The notes under the pieces are model-generated. The model was not told the DNA's origin and searched no databases. It was given only the letters and a program-made list of their open reading frames with translations. A DNA stretch of 64,000 nt, taken from Lingula anatina (lineage: Eukaryota; Animalia; Brachiopoda). The translations under genes and the position numbers were made by a program. Of this stretch, positions 1-9,420 are shown piece by piece; position 1 is the first letter of the stretch, and each line of letters starts with the position of its first letter. The DNA is taken from contig JBPQGU010000016.1 in the NCBI GenBank assembly GCA_051362555.1, positions 3,782,001 to 3,846,000 on the forward strand, given 5' to 3'.

Positions 1-1
1 G

Positions 2-385
2 GTTAGGGATGCAAACACGGATAAATTAGCTCGTGCACCTGTAAATGCTGATAGGTTAAAACCATACAAAGACCCAGTTACACGTACACCATATCCTGAC
101 CACATCCCACCCAGCAATCTCAATAACAATCCACCCGATTCAACACCAACAAATAGTGCAGACATTACTATACCACCAAGCCAGCCTAGAACTGTCGAGA
201 AAATAATCAAATGTAAAGGGAATCCCCAAAATCGTACTTACCTTGTAAAATTGGAAGGAATTTCTGAAAAGCAATGGATTAGTAGAGACCAAGTCCCAGA
301 AGTTTTAAGACAGGAGTTTCACACTCAGAGAACCTTGCGTGGTAGAAAACGCAGAAAAACAGGGAAAAATGTTAAAAATGCATAA
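2..385 (+). CDS. pol: Pol polyprotein C-terminus (integrase C-terminal region, chromodomain-like module, basic NLS-like tail); 5'-partial
   Basis: Frame 2 is open from base 2 to TAA at 383-385 and reads VRDANTDKLARAPVNADRLKPY...PRTVEKIIKCKGNPQNRTYLVKLEGISEKQWISRDQVPEVLRQEFHTQRTLRGRKRRKTGKNVKNA*. VNADRLKPY matches the Gypsy integrase (V/H)xxRLKPY motif; VEKII..YLVK.EG....W resembles a chromodomain. Confidence 0.85.
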   Translation, partial: VRDANTDKLARAPVNADRLKPYKDPVTRTPYPDHIPPSNLNNNPPDSTPTNSADITIPPSQPRTVEKIIKCKGNPQNRTYLVKLEGISEKQWISRDQVPEVLRQEFHTQRTLRGRKRRKTGKNVKNA

Positions 386-556
386 GTATTAGTGAATATT
401 GTCAAATAAATGGCGTCGCCTTAAGTATGATAAAGAAGTAACCGAAATCTAATTCTTGGGTATGCTAGACTATAAAACAGAATCCCCATAATTGCACCCA
501 TAATTCTTTGGCAACCATGCTCCCTACCCCTTTTTTTTTCCAAATTCGCGCGCAAC

Positions 557-581
557 TTTTCTCTTTTGTTTTCTTTTGTAG
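557..581 (+). promoter_or_regulatory. Putative splice acceptor for a subgenomic env mRNA
   Basis: Long polypyrimidine tract TTTTCTCTTTTGTTTTCTTTTGT followed by AG (580-581), 24 nt upstream of the first env ATG. Confidence 0.6.
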
Positions 582-604
582 GGAAGAAACAGATCCTAGG
601 TCCC

Positions 605-2941
605 ATGGTAGCTATAGTAATTTGGATGCTTCTCATACCTGTCGAGGCACAGTCCTCGGGCTATGAACAGCGGGTAAACTATGGACTCTCGTTTAGAGAG
701 GAAGGCACTGTTGTATTAGCACCCAATGAATGGTTACATTCTTTTGTTATGACATTACCGACTATCCCTGAAACTCCAACTACATCCGTTGCTTGCAGCA
801 GAGGACTAAAAGAGTCCAGTTGCAAGGTAATTCAAAATGCAATAGGTGAAGCTAACAGTATCTTAGCAAGTTCAGTTCAAGAGCTCAATTCAATTCATAA
901 CAGAATCAAATCTATATTGTCCATCAAATCTACCAGTAGATCCAAACGTTCCCTGCTCCCTTTTCTCGGCAAAGCGGCACATAGCATCTTTGGTGTAGCC
1001 ACAGACGAACAGTTAAATAAAGTCATAAATCATGTTAATGCAATTCAGAAACGTCAGCAAAAAGCACTAGCAGCATTTACTCAAATCTCGAATCAATTTG
1101 GCTCAATTCATGATGGTCAGTCTCAGAAACTTAGCAATCTAGCCAGTGCAATCGCAAATAATCATGATTTTGGTATCAGACTAGGGGGTGACATAACGTT
1201 AATAGAAAAAGAAATTGAAATTCTAATGAAGATCACAACCAAACTCATGAAACAGTACAACCTAGCTGCCAAACTAAAGTTAGAAGTCGACAATTATTTA
1301 ATTGGTGTTAATGAATTAGTTTTTGGTAAACTATCCCCCCTAATCATTCCTCCCCACACCCTTTTCCACTCCCTTCAACAAATCAAACATCATCTCGCAA
1401 TAACTGATAAATCTTTTCAACTTGCTACAGATGATCTAGATTACTTTTACAACTTTGGAAAAGTAGCAGCTTACTACCTCAATACTTCTATTGTTATCAC
1501 TCTCAAAGTCCCAGTAACCCCAATTCCACAGAAGTTCCAACTCTACAAAGTGACACACTTCCCTATCCCCATTAACCGTACCAGCAGCCATGTCACCACC
1601 CTCCCAGATGTCCCAAAATATATCGCAAAATCTTTTCATAATAGGCAGTACTTCCTTTTTTCAGAAAATGATGTAAATAAGTGTGATGGTCACATTACTC
1701 AAATTTGCCACTCAAAGAACGTACAAATCCTCTCTGGAGATAATTGTTTCATTTCCATTTTAGAAAATGATAGAGCAAACATTAAACAATTGTGCAATTT
1801 CAAATTTTTACCAGAAGCTATCACCTCTCAAATTCATCAAATTTCAGACCAACAAATTCTGCTTACCAAAGTGCTAAATTATACCATTCAATGCGGTTCT
1901 AAACAACACTTTAAGTCTGGTTGTCACTTTTGTGTCCACAACACTCCGTGTGGATGTAACATTCTACACAACAACCTCTTCCTTCCATCATCTGCAATCT
2001 GCGCTAACAGGACCACGAACTCAGCAGTTTATTACCCTCTTAATTTGGCTGTGCTTCAACACTTTTTCAATGACTCCTACTTCTCCAACATTTTCGGTCA
2101 CACCCTATTCAACTCCTCTCTTGAAATCTCTATTCCAGAATTTAGAATATATCAACACAATTTTTCAAACTTCTTAGCGAGAGATCACCAGCTCACACTC
2201 AACCTTAAAAAAGCAACCTCAGCAGCACGTAATCAAAAATTCATTTTCAGTGAGTTGGCCCAACCTCTCCTCACCGGCGAACTTCACCTACCAGAGACAA
2301 CCACAGATATAGATTCCATTCTCACCTACACTGCCATTGCAATTGCTATAATCTCATTCTGCACTTCAGTATATTTTGGATACAAAACAAAAATCTTAGC
2401 TGCCTCTGTCCTCACATTTAGCAAAGGACATGCAGCTCCCAAATTCATCTATGAATTCCCTGCCTCTCCAGAGCCTGACACCCCACCCTTCAATTTCGGC
2501 GATGCTATAAAAATTGAGTACTTGCCGACAATAACTCTTCTGACCTTCCTTTTAGTGCTGAGTATTGTCATTTCCATATTATATTTTTGCATAAGAAGAC
2601 AGAAAAATGTAATTTCTCTAGAACTAACCAATGGGAGACACTGTACAACCATCCCGTTGCTAACAATTAACTGTTGCCCTAGTGATCTGTACTGCGAAGC
2701 TAAAAATATGATAGACCACATCCAAATTCGGGGTACATTTAGACCTAAATTAGATATTGCGTGGGGTGATGTCACATTGACCAATGTGACAACTGGGTTC
2801 AGCTTCACCCTCCCCACATCAATAGAACTCGGTGTACTTACCCAACGGAACTTAAAGAAAATCACTCAAAAACCCTTCGATACCCATTTGGTAGCCTTAC
2901 ACCATGGCCACGTCCACTACATCCCAATCCACAAAAATTAA
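605..2941 (+). CDS. env: Envelope glycoprotein, class I fusion protein of the baculovirus F / errantivirus Env type, with a C-terminal extension
   Basis: Uninterrupted ORF (the track starts it at TTG 566; first ATG is 605 in CCCATGG). Signal peptide MVAIVIWMLLIPVEA; furin site RSKR (938-949) followed by fusion peptide SLLPFLGKAAHSIFGVATDEQL; heptad region; GKLSPLIIPP motif; Cys-rich segment (..CHFC....PCGC); several N-x-S/T sequons; TM1 ~2318-2383 and TM2 ~2519-2593. Confidence 0.92.
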   Translation: MVAIVIWMLLIPVEAQSSGYEQRVNYGLSFREEGTVVLAPNEWLHSFVMTLPTIPETPTTSVACSRGLKESSCKVIQNAIGEANSILASSVQELNSIHNRIKSILSIKSTSRSKRSLLPFLGKAAHSIFGVATDEQLNKVINHVNAIQKRQQKALAAFTQISNQFGSIHDGQSQKLSNLASAIANNHDFGIRLGGDITLIEKEIEILMKITTKLMKQYNLAAKLKLEVDNYLIGVNELVFGKLSPLIIPPHTLFHSLQQIKHHLAITDKSFQLATDDLDYFYNFGKVAAYYLNTSIVITLKVPVTPIPQKFQLYKVTHFPIPINRTSSHVTTLPDVPKYIAKSFHNRQYFLFSENDVNKCDGHITQICHSKNVQILSGDNCFISILENDRANIKQLCNFKFLPEAITSQIHQISDQQILLTKVLNYTIQCGSKQHFKSGCHFCVHNTPCGCNILHNNLFLPSSAICANRTTNSAVYYPLNLAVLQHFFNDSYFSNIFGHTLFNSSLEISIPEFRIYQHNFSNFLARDHQLTLNLKKATSAARNQKFIFSELAQPLLTGELHLPETTTDIDSILTYTAIAIAIISFCTSVYFGYKTKILAASVLTFSKGHAAPKFIYEFPASPEPDTPPFNFGDAIKIEYLPTITLLTFLLVLSIVISILYFCIRRQKNVISLELTNGRHCTTIPLLTINCCPSDLYCEAKNMIDHIQIRGTFRPKLDIAWGDVTLTNVTTGFSFTLPTSIELGVLTQRNLKKITQKPFDTHLVALHHGHVHYIPIHKN

Positions 2942-3139
2942 TGCCACCTGTTCGGACCACCTGTATTGTGTATACTACATATATATATATATATTCAATC
3001 TCCTTGGAAATATTAGAAAGCATTCATCAGTACGAAATAGATGATTCCGCATGCCCAGACATTGCGTCTCGGTCCATCCCGCAATCTCAAGTCATCCTCT
3101 TCTGTATTGATCTAGATATACATAAATCAAGTATTAACT

Positions 3140-3525
3140 GTTAATATAAAATGTTTCATAGTGCATTGTAGTATTGTACTATTGTATGTATCATATTATG
3201 TTGTAGTGTTGTAGTAAAATGTATTTGTTGCAGGACACTGTATTAACCGTATTAATCATAATTTTTTTTTTAAATGTATTAATTATGTAACACTGCTGTA
3301 TTCCTAACTAAGTGTATTGCATTGTATTGTATTATTTGATGTTACACTGTGTTGTACTCATAATAAAATGTATTGGTTGTATTGTATTGTATTGACTGTA
3401 TTGATCATATTCTATTATATAATATTGTGTTGTAGTCGTAGTAAAGCTTACTGTAATTGTATTGTATTGATTGTATTAATTGTGTTAAGTGTATGGTATG
3501 ATGTTTACTGTATTGTATTTGTAGA
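3140..3525 (+). repeat. TGTAT/TTGTA-rich low-complexity tract in the element's 3' UTR
   Basis: Dense degenerate repeats such as TTGTATTGTATTGTATTGA and GTATTGATTGTATT. Confidence 0.7.
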
Positions 3526-3603
3526 AGACTCACATAGCATAATCAAATGTCTTGAGTTAAAAGTTTAGCTTGTTTTCATCGGACAGATCAGATGATAGAA
3601 TAG

Positions 3604-3639
3604 TTTCGAGGCACGAAACTTATCTTGCCGGGGGAGCCC
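3604..3639 (+). other. Small hairpin (TTTCG-AGGCA-CGAAA) plus polypurine tract GGGGGAG immediately before the 3' LTR
   Basis: TTTCGAGGCACGAAA at 3604-3618 and a G-run at 3630-3636. A TTCGAGGACGAA-like motif upstream of the PPT is typical of Ty3/Gypsy elements. Confidence 0.7.
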
Positions 3640-4010
3640 TATCATGCATGTAATTTTGATAATGGCAACTCTACAAGGAAGTTCCAAAGTTGTGCATGAC
3701 CACAGCACATAAAATAGTTCATTAAGCACTAATTATGCAGTTCCAAAGTAATTATGCATGTATATCCACATGTGTCCTTATACACAGTTGACATCCTATA
3801 TCTCCTGACTACAATGACATTAATGTTCTCTTAGTTATAGTTTAGACAAAGTAGACAAGGCCTTTTTCAGTACCAGCACAGCACACAATAGCATACATAA
3901 TTAATACTCAAACATGTTAGTGTATAAGAACTGGCCTGCTAGGAGAGCAGACAGAAGAATAATAAAGGATCTTAACCGAGGAGGTCTCCTGTTATTTACT
4001 GATTGTGACA
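3640..4010 (+). repeat. 3' LTR (~371 bp)
   Basis: Begins after the PPT with TATCA and ends TGTGACA; TATA-like GTATAAGAA at ~3922 and AATAAA at 3961-3966. The right boundary is fixed by the paralogous site at 45002/45003; the left boundary is inferred. Confidence 0.75.
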
Positions 4011-4304
4011 ATTATTAAGAAATATCTGTATACTTCACTTCGTTCTTCAACAGTGGTTACTGTATACAATATGTGCATCTTCTTCTTGATTTGTTTATTA
4101 ATTATTTTACTAAAAGTATGTTTTTAACAGAAGATAGCAAAGACGACATAATCTTTTCTTCAGGGGCCACTCTATTCGTAAAAGAAATTGAAACAACAAC
4201 AACAAAAAAAAACATTGTTTAAGCGAGAAATTGCCGCCTTTGTCCTCCTGGAAATGTGAGATTCTACAATTTAGGCTGTCCTTGGGCGATTGTAGGAACC
4301 ACTG

Positions 4305-4472
4305 CAGGGGCGGATCCAGAGCTATATACTGACAGTCTTCCAAATTATCTTTGTTGATTCATCCTCCAATTTTGACCGTCTTCCAACATTAAAAATTGGA
4401 TACCCGTCAATGTAAACTTGAAAATCTGACCGTCTTCTGGAAGACCCAGAAGACGGCCTAAATCCGCCCCTG
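4305..4472. mobile_element. 168-bp MITE with CAGGGGCGGAT terminal inverted repeats
   Basis: CAGGGGCGGATCC...AAATCCGCCCCTG flanked by CACTG on both sides. Reverse-orientation relative of 7535-7703; absent from copy 2. Confidence 0.85.
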
Positions 4473-5569
4473 CACTGAACACCTACAGTATAATGCGCTT
4501 AAATTACTGTTTTTTCTTTACGGTTCTGTTTGTAATAGAAATCTAGGACAGAAAAAATTACAACTTGAATGTAACATCATAAATCCTTAAAAATAGATAA
4601 CAAATCCGATTGTGTTTATTGCCAGTACAGCTCTCAGGGGCGAATCCAGGATTTCGAAGACTAGGTGGTTAGTTTTTATTGACCCCGCTTCTACGTGGAC
4701 GGAACGGTTCATTTTTAACATTGAATAAATTAATTGAATTAATATTCATTAAAATTAAATCAAATAAAATAACGATGCATGATGATTAGTAATGCAAGAT
4801 TTATGCCGCAAAGTCGCTTGTCAGACTACATCTAAGATGATCTCACGACATACTTGGGTATGGCTGTTTAGATGTAGGGGGTAGAGGCACTATTTGAAGG
4901 CAGCTGAAGGAAAAAATCGAAAGGAGTTCGATGGCATTTAGCATTACATGGTCCATTTCTCAGTAAAGAATACTAAATAAAGAAATTATACATACTTCAG
5001 GATGGCTCACTGCGGTTTTCGTCCACACATAGGCAACCAGTAATTCGGACTCTACTAGCGATAATGTAAACACACCTTGAATGCCCATTTATATATTTGC
5101 TTTTCTAGTTAAACTTAGCAATGTGTATTAATTTTGTTCGAAAAAAAAAAGCATTCCACTGTAATTTGCGACCGCGTCCATGTGCACCAGTGCAGGCCTA
5201 TTCTATTTATGGAGATGGTCACATAATCAGCAAAACAGAAATTTAACTGGTACATGTACAAGTTTCGAAATAAAATGTTTGTCAAACCTTTATAATATCT
5301 AGAGCTTTTGTTGTTTGAAACATGTTTAACTAAAATGTAAGAAAAACGAAAAAAGTAAGCAGCAAGCTGGTAGGCAGTAAGTGAAAGCCTGGTCTGAACA
5401 CTGAATTTCTAGGTAACCATGTATTTTTCACACCCCCTAATTTCATTTCCACAACGATCCGTGAATGAGGTTAAAAAGCAATAACATACTTGTGTGACAG
5501 GACAAAATGCTTTGTTTATTACGCCACTTTATCTTGTCAAATGAAGCATGAATTTGAAAAACCATGAAA

Positions 5570-5960
5570 ACTAGAGGATCAGAGAGGTGATACCGCCTGA
5601 GGGTATTGTACCACCAGCTGGAGTAAGCTCATTCGTATAGAAAAGTGAAAAAAGGGACACCACCTCCAGTGTTGTGCTGGACAAGCTCTACATGCAGTAA
5701 GCAAAAGTTCTAAATAGTTTTGTTGAAAATTACCATTTAAAACAAAATCATGAGGAAAAGTAAAAGTTTAAATTCAAATTTGTGAAGTGCAGTTCATGGC
5801 AAAAAGTAGGTCAAAGCTCAATTTCAAGAACACAGATTGTCAGCATATGACTGCCTATCCAAGTTCAATAGTGATTATGGGCATATCTCTGCTAGTTTTG
5901 GAGATAAGAAAGTTGCAAAGTTGCGCGGCTCATTATAAAATCGCCACCTTTTAAAATTTC
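5570..5960. mobile_element. Degenerate non-autonomous element fragment (Helitron/Helentron-like; class uncertain)
   Basis: ACTAGAGGATCAGAG start and GGTCAAAG, CCTATCCAAGTT and TAGTTTTGGAGATA motifs resemble common marine-invertebrate non-autonomous repeats; termini not resolved. Confidence 0.3.
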
Positions 5961-6131
5961 CAGTTGTACTAAGTGCACGTGGTTTGCAGATTAATTTTAG
6001 CCATTAAGAGCGTTAGATTGAAACCTTTTGCCGCTACAAATACAACAACTTGATTGATATCTTAGGCGATTATCAAAAACAGACAATAGCAAGAATCACT
6101 TACCTGCTGTAGGTTACAAGGGCGACCAACC

Positions 6132-6344
6132 CAGGGGCGGGACCAGGATTATTTGAAGGGGGGTCCACGGATGCAAAACCGACCCTTATCTTAGAGGGCG
6201 AACGGTGCTATTTGGTACTTTTTAGAACTATGATTCGGCTAGAGAAAATACTTATTTCATAAGGGGACCATCGGTGTGATTATTTTTAGAAACTGAAGGG
6301 GAGGAGGTCAGGACCCCCTGACCCCCCCTCCCAATCCGCCACTG
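6132..6344. mobile_element. MITE of the CAGGGGCGGA TIR group (older)
   Basis: CAGGGGCGGGACCAGGA...CCAATCCGCCACTG with flanks CAACC and CAACT; also present at 46920-47133. Confidence 0.7.
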
Positions 6345-7534
6345 CAACTACCAATGGACCTCGGTGGACACAAGTTAATTACATATCTGGCATTTGTGTC
6401 ATAGGTTGTGCATTTAAGCTTTAAACTTAAGTTTTATAAATATTAAAGTACCTACCCTTTAACGCGAAGTAAGAATCACGGTCAGCCACCTTTGTTTATG
6501 AGACAGTAATCAGTGTTACGCCGACGACCATCACCTGATCTATTGAATTAAACGAGTGGAGTAGTAACGAACCCTTGGAACAAATTTGAGAAATAAGCAA
6601 ACCTGACTTTATCGAGTGTAGGGGAGTTCGATTTTCTAAAAAAAAAAATGTACATTATATTTATAAAAATTCAGTCGGGGTCGAAACTCCCCCCTCCCAC
6701 GCCCCCACCGACCCTCCTAAATCCACCACTGGCACAAATCTTTTGTCCTGTACCATCTAAACTGCGTCACGTACAGCTCGATGTAGCGAGTCAATATAAA
6801 TATAATTTCAATCGGTTGACGAGAGGAATTAAAGTGAAATTAATTTCTCTCTGGTTATGACACGCCAGAAGAGGGCGGGATTATGGTAGGGGAGTTTTCG
6901 TGTCATTTAGGCGATTGACACGGTACTGTTAACACGCTTATGATTACGACTCCGTAGACGACATGGTTGATGAGTCCAGTGGAAGCGAACACTTTACCTT
7001 GGCTGATGTAATGAAAAAAATGGAAAGTAAAAAGAAAGAGGCGAAAGACTATTTCGACCATAGACTGTCTACTTTTAATGCCGAAGCCGGTAAAAACTGA
7101 AAGTCGACAATATTTATCTTGGAAAATAGAAGGTAATCACCAGCAATTTGACTCAACAGTATTTGAAAATAAGATTATTGTGGTGAACAAACTGACAGTG
7201 CCTTACAGTCTTGGCAAGAGAAACAAACTTATCAGAATTGCTGACACTTTCGACACTGTTAAGGAACATACTGTTAATCCTCTTGCTTGTGATTCTGAGA
7301 GCGAGAGAGCTACAAAGAAAATAAAAGAAAACAAAAAGGGAGCCAAAAAAAATAAGGTTATATCAGCAGACCGACCGATAGGTGTGGCGATACTTCTCAG
7401 CGGAGAAGTCTTTATCGCAGCAGCGGGTCGTGACTTTGCTTAGCTTGTTGAGGAAAGGGCCATTTCATGCTTGAGTGACCAACTTACAGAGGGGAAAGTT
7501 ATTCTACCAGAGTCCAACCCCAGAGATAAGGGAA

Positions 7535-7703
7535 CAGGGGCGGATTTAGGCCGTCTTCTGGGTCTTCCGGAAGACGGTCAGATTTTCAAGTTTACATTGA
7601 CGGGTATCTAATTTTTTCTGTCGGAAGACGGTCAAAAAATGGAGGATGGACCAACAAATATAATATGGAAGACTGTCAGAAAATATCTCTGGATCCGCCC
7701 CTG
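7535..7703. mobile_element. 169-bp MITE with a 6-bp TSD (AGGGAA)
   Basis: CAGGGGCGGATTT...GGATCCGCCCCTG with AGGGAA at 7529-7534 and 7704-7709. The empty site has a single AGGGAA at 48320-48325. Confidence 0.95.
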
Positions 7704-9320
7704 AGGGAACATCTGGAATGGGATAGAAGGCGAAAGCATTGAAAAATAGATAAGTACCCGGTACATGTATGAGTGCGTTAGTTTCAATCAAGAGTTGCAT
7801 AATTATGAACATGAGCAAAATCAGAAATTCATACCCGTGAAAAGTAGGTTAAGAACCAATTTAAGTTTTTGGGAAGAAGTAGGGTATTCATTTTTTATTC
7901 TAGACTTGATAAAAATGGTTATAAATTTCCGTTTATAGCAACACCCTGTGGGATGAGGAAAGATAACAGCTTTCACCATTGAAAAATAAGTTTTTTGTTA
8001 AAAAGCTATTCTTGAATTGAAAAAGATGCGTTTGATTAAAAGGTGTAGCAAACAACCAATTGTTGATAACCCTTAAACAGAAGCAGTGCATAGCAGTGAA
8101 AAAAATAGATTGATTTTAGATGTACGAGAAGTAAACAAACATGTCCGTAAGCAGTCTGGTAGTTACGGACATTTGAGAACGGCTCTTATGTTTATGAAAC
8201 TGTGTGGTTGGTTGATTAAATTTGATTCAGCTAATCAACATCTAGATATCAATTATCCTCATACGGATTATTGAGGTTTTTCATGGAAAATTCAAGATCA
8301 GCAGATTTATTTTTGATTCTTAGTTCTTCCATTTGGGTTATCATTAGCACTTAATATTTTTTTTCAAAATTGACTTGGCAATTAATCAAAGAATGGTTCG
8401 ATGTAATTGGATGACGGTCTGTGGTACTGCAGTAACATAGATAGATTGGAGCATCAGGGTGCTGAGATCAAAGATGATATTGCTAAGTCAGGTTTTATGT
8501 AAATATATGAGAATACTATTTGGTCGTAGGTACAGAGTCTGGCATTTATAGGCATCGAAATAGATATTAGTATTGGGGAAATCAAAGTTCTTGATATTAG
8601 ATTAGCAAGTGCTAAGAGATCTGACATTATATTCGCACGAAAGTGAGCAGAGGTCTGGCTATGTCGGTCGGATTATACTATGTCTCATGTGTTGGGAAGT
8701 GTAAAACAACTAATGACAAATTATATTAGCATGGTTATTTCAAGTGCTTTTTCTTAGAATCAGAAAATGTGTGTGAAAGCATGCAGTCAAATTAGACCTT
8801 GGTGTAGTAAATCAGAATTTTACAGTTTTCACCTCAGTGCAATAAGGTAGTTTATTCTGATGCTAGTAGTACTGGGTTTGGAGGATATTGTGTGGAGACA
8901 CCTAAAAGGGTGTGTTGCGGGGAATGGTCAGCTGACGAAGCGACGGAGAGCTCTACTTACAGAGAACTGATAGCTGTTTTCAGGGTCCTGTTCTCCATGG
9001 CAAACACGTTGAGTGTTTTGAGATTGAAGTGGTTTTCTGATAGCAAAGATGTTGTAAACATTAAAGAAAAAAGTAGCATGAGGAGTAAATTACAACCTAT
9101 TATTTTTGATGTTTTTCTTCTAATGGAGTTATTCAATAGAAATGAAAGGATACTGAGAGAAGAGAATACCCATGCAGATTATATAAGTAGAAGTGTGGAT
9201 GTTGACAATGGGGAATACCAGCCCGCTTGGCGCCAGGTGTCGCTAGTGTGAATTCAGTCCTTCCTAGGTCGCCATGTTGGATATTGTATACGTTGGACTG
9301 TGGTACTGGCCTTAATAAAC

Positions 9321-9420
9321 ATGCCTCAGTATTGTTGTGTACCTGAATGTCAAAGTCGGCAAGGTGGGCATAATTTTCTTGAGGATTCAGGGCTTCGTTT
9401 GAAGTGAAGGGTTGCCCATG
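9321..9420 (+). pseudogene. THAP zinc-finger N-terminus of the ISL2EU transposase (truncated)
   Basis: MPQYCCVPECQSRQGGHNFLEDSGLRLK*; the TGA at 9405-9407 falls at the position of the conserved THAP Trp. Confidence 0.8.

Larger units (their letters stand above)
1..4010 (+). mobile_element. 3' part of an env-containing Ty3/Gypsy LTR retrotransposon (errantivirus-like endogenous retrovirus); 5' part lies outside the window
   Basis: Parts occur in the order integrase C-terminus (2-385), env ORF (605-2941), 3' UTR, PPT (~3630-3636), LTR ending TGACA at 4010. Sequence after 4010 (ATTATTAAGAAATATCTG) matches the uninterrupted paralogous site at 45003. Confidence 0.9.

Noticed and set aside
566-604. 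TTG at 566 as the env start codon
   Set aside because: It lies within the polypyrimidine tract. ATG 605 (or a spliced leader) directly precedes the signal peptide.
2449-2865. 138-aa antisense ORF, and other short ORFs overlapping env
   Set aside because: Shadow frames of a long coding sequence with no recognisable motifs.
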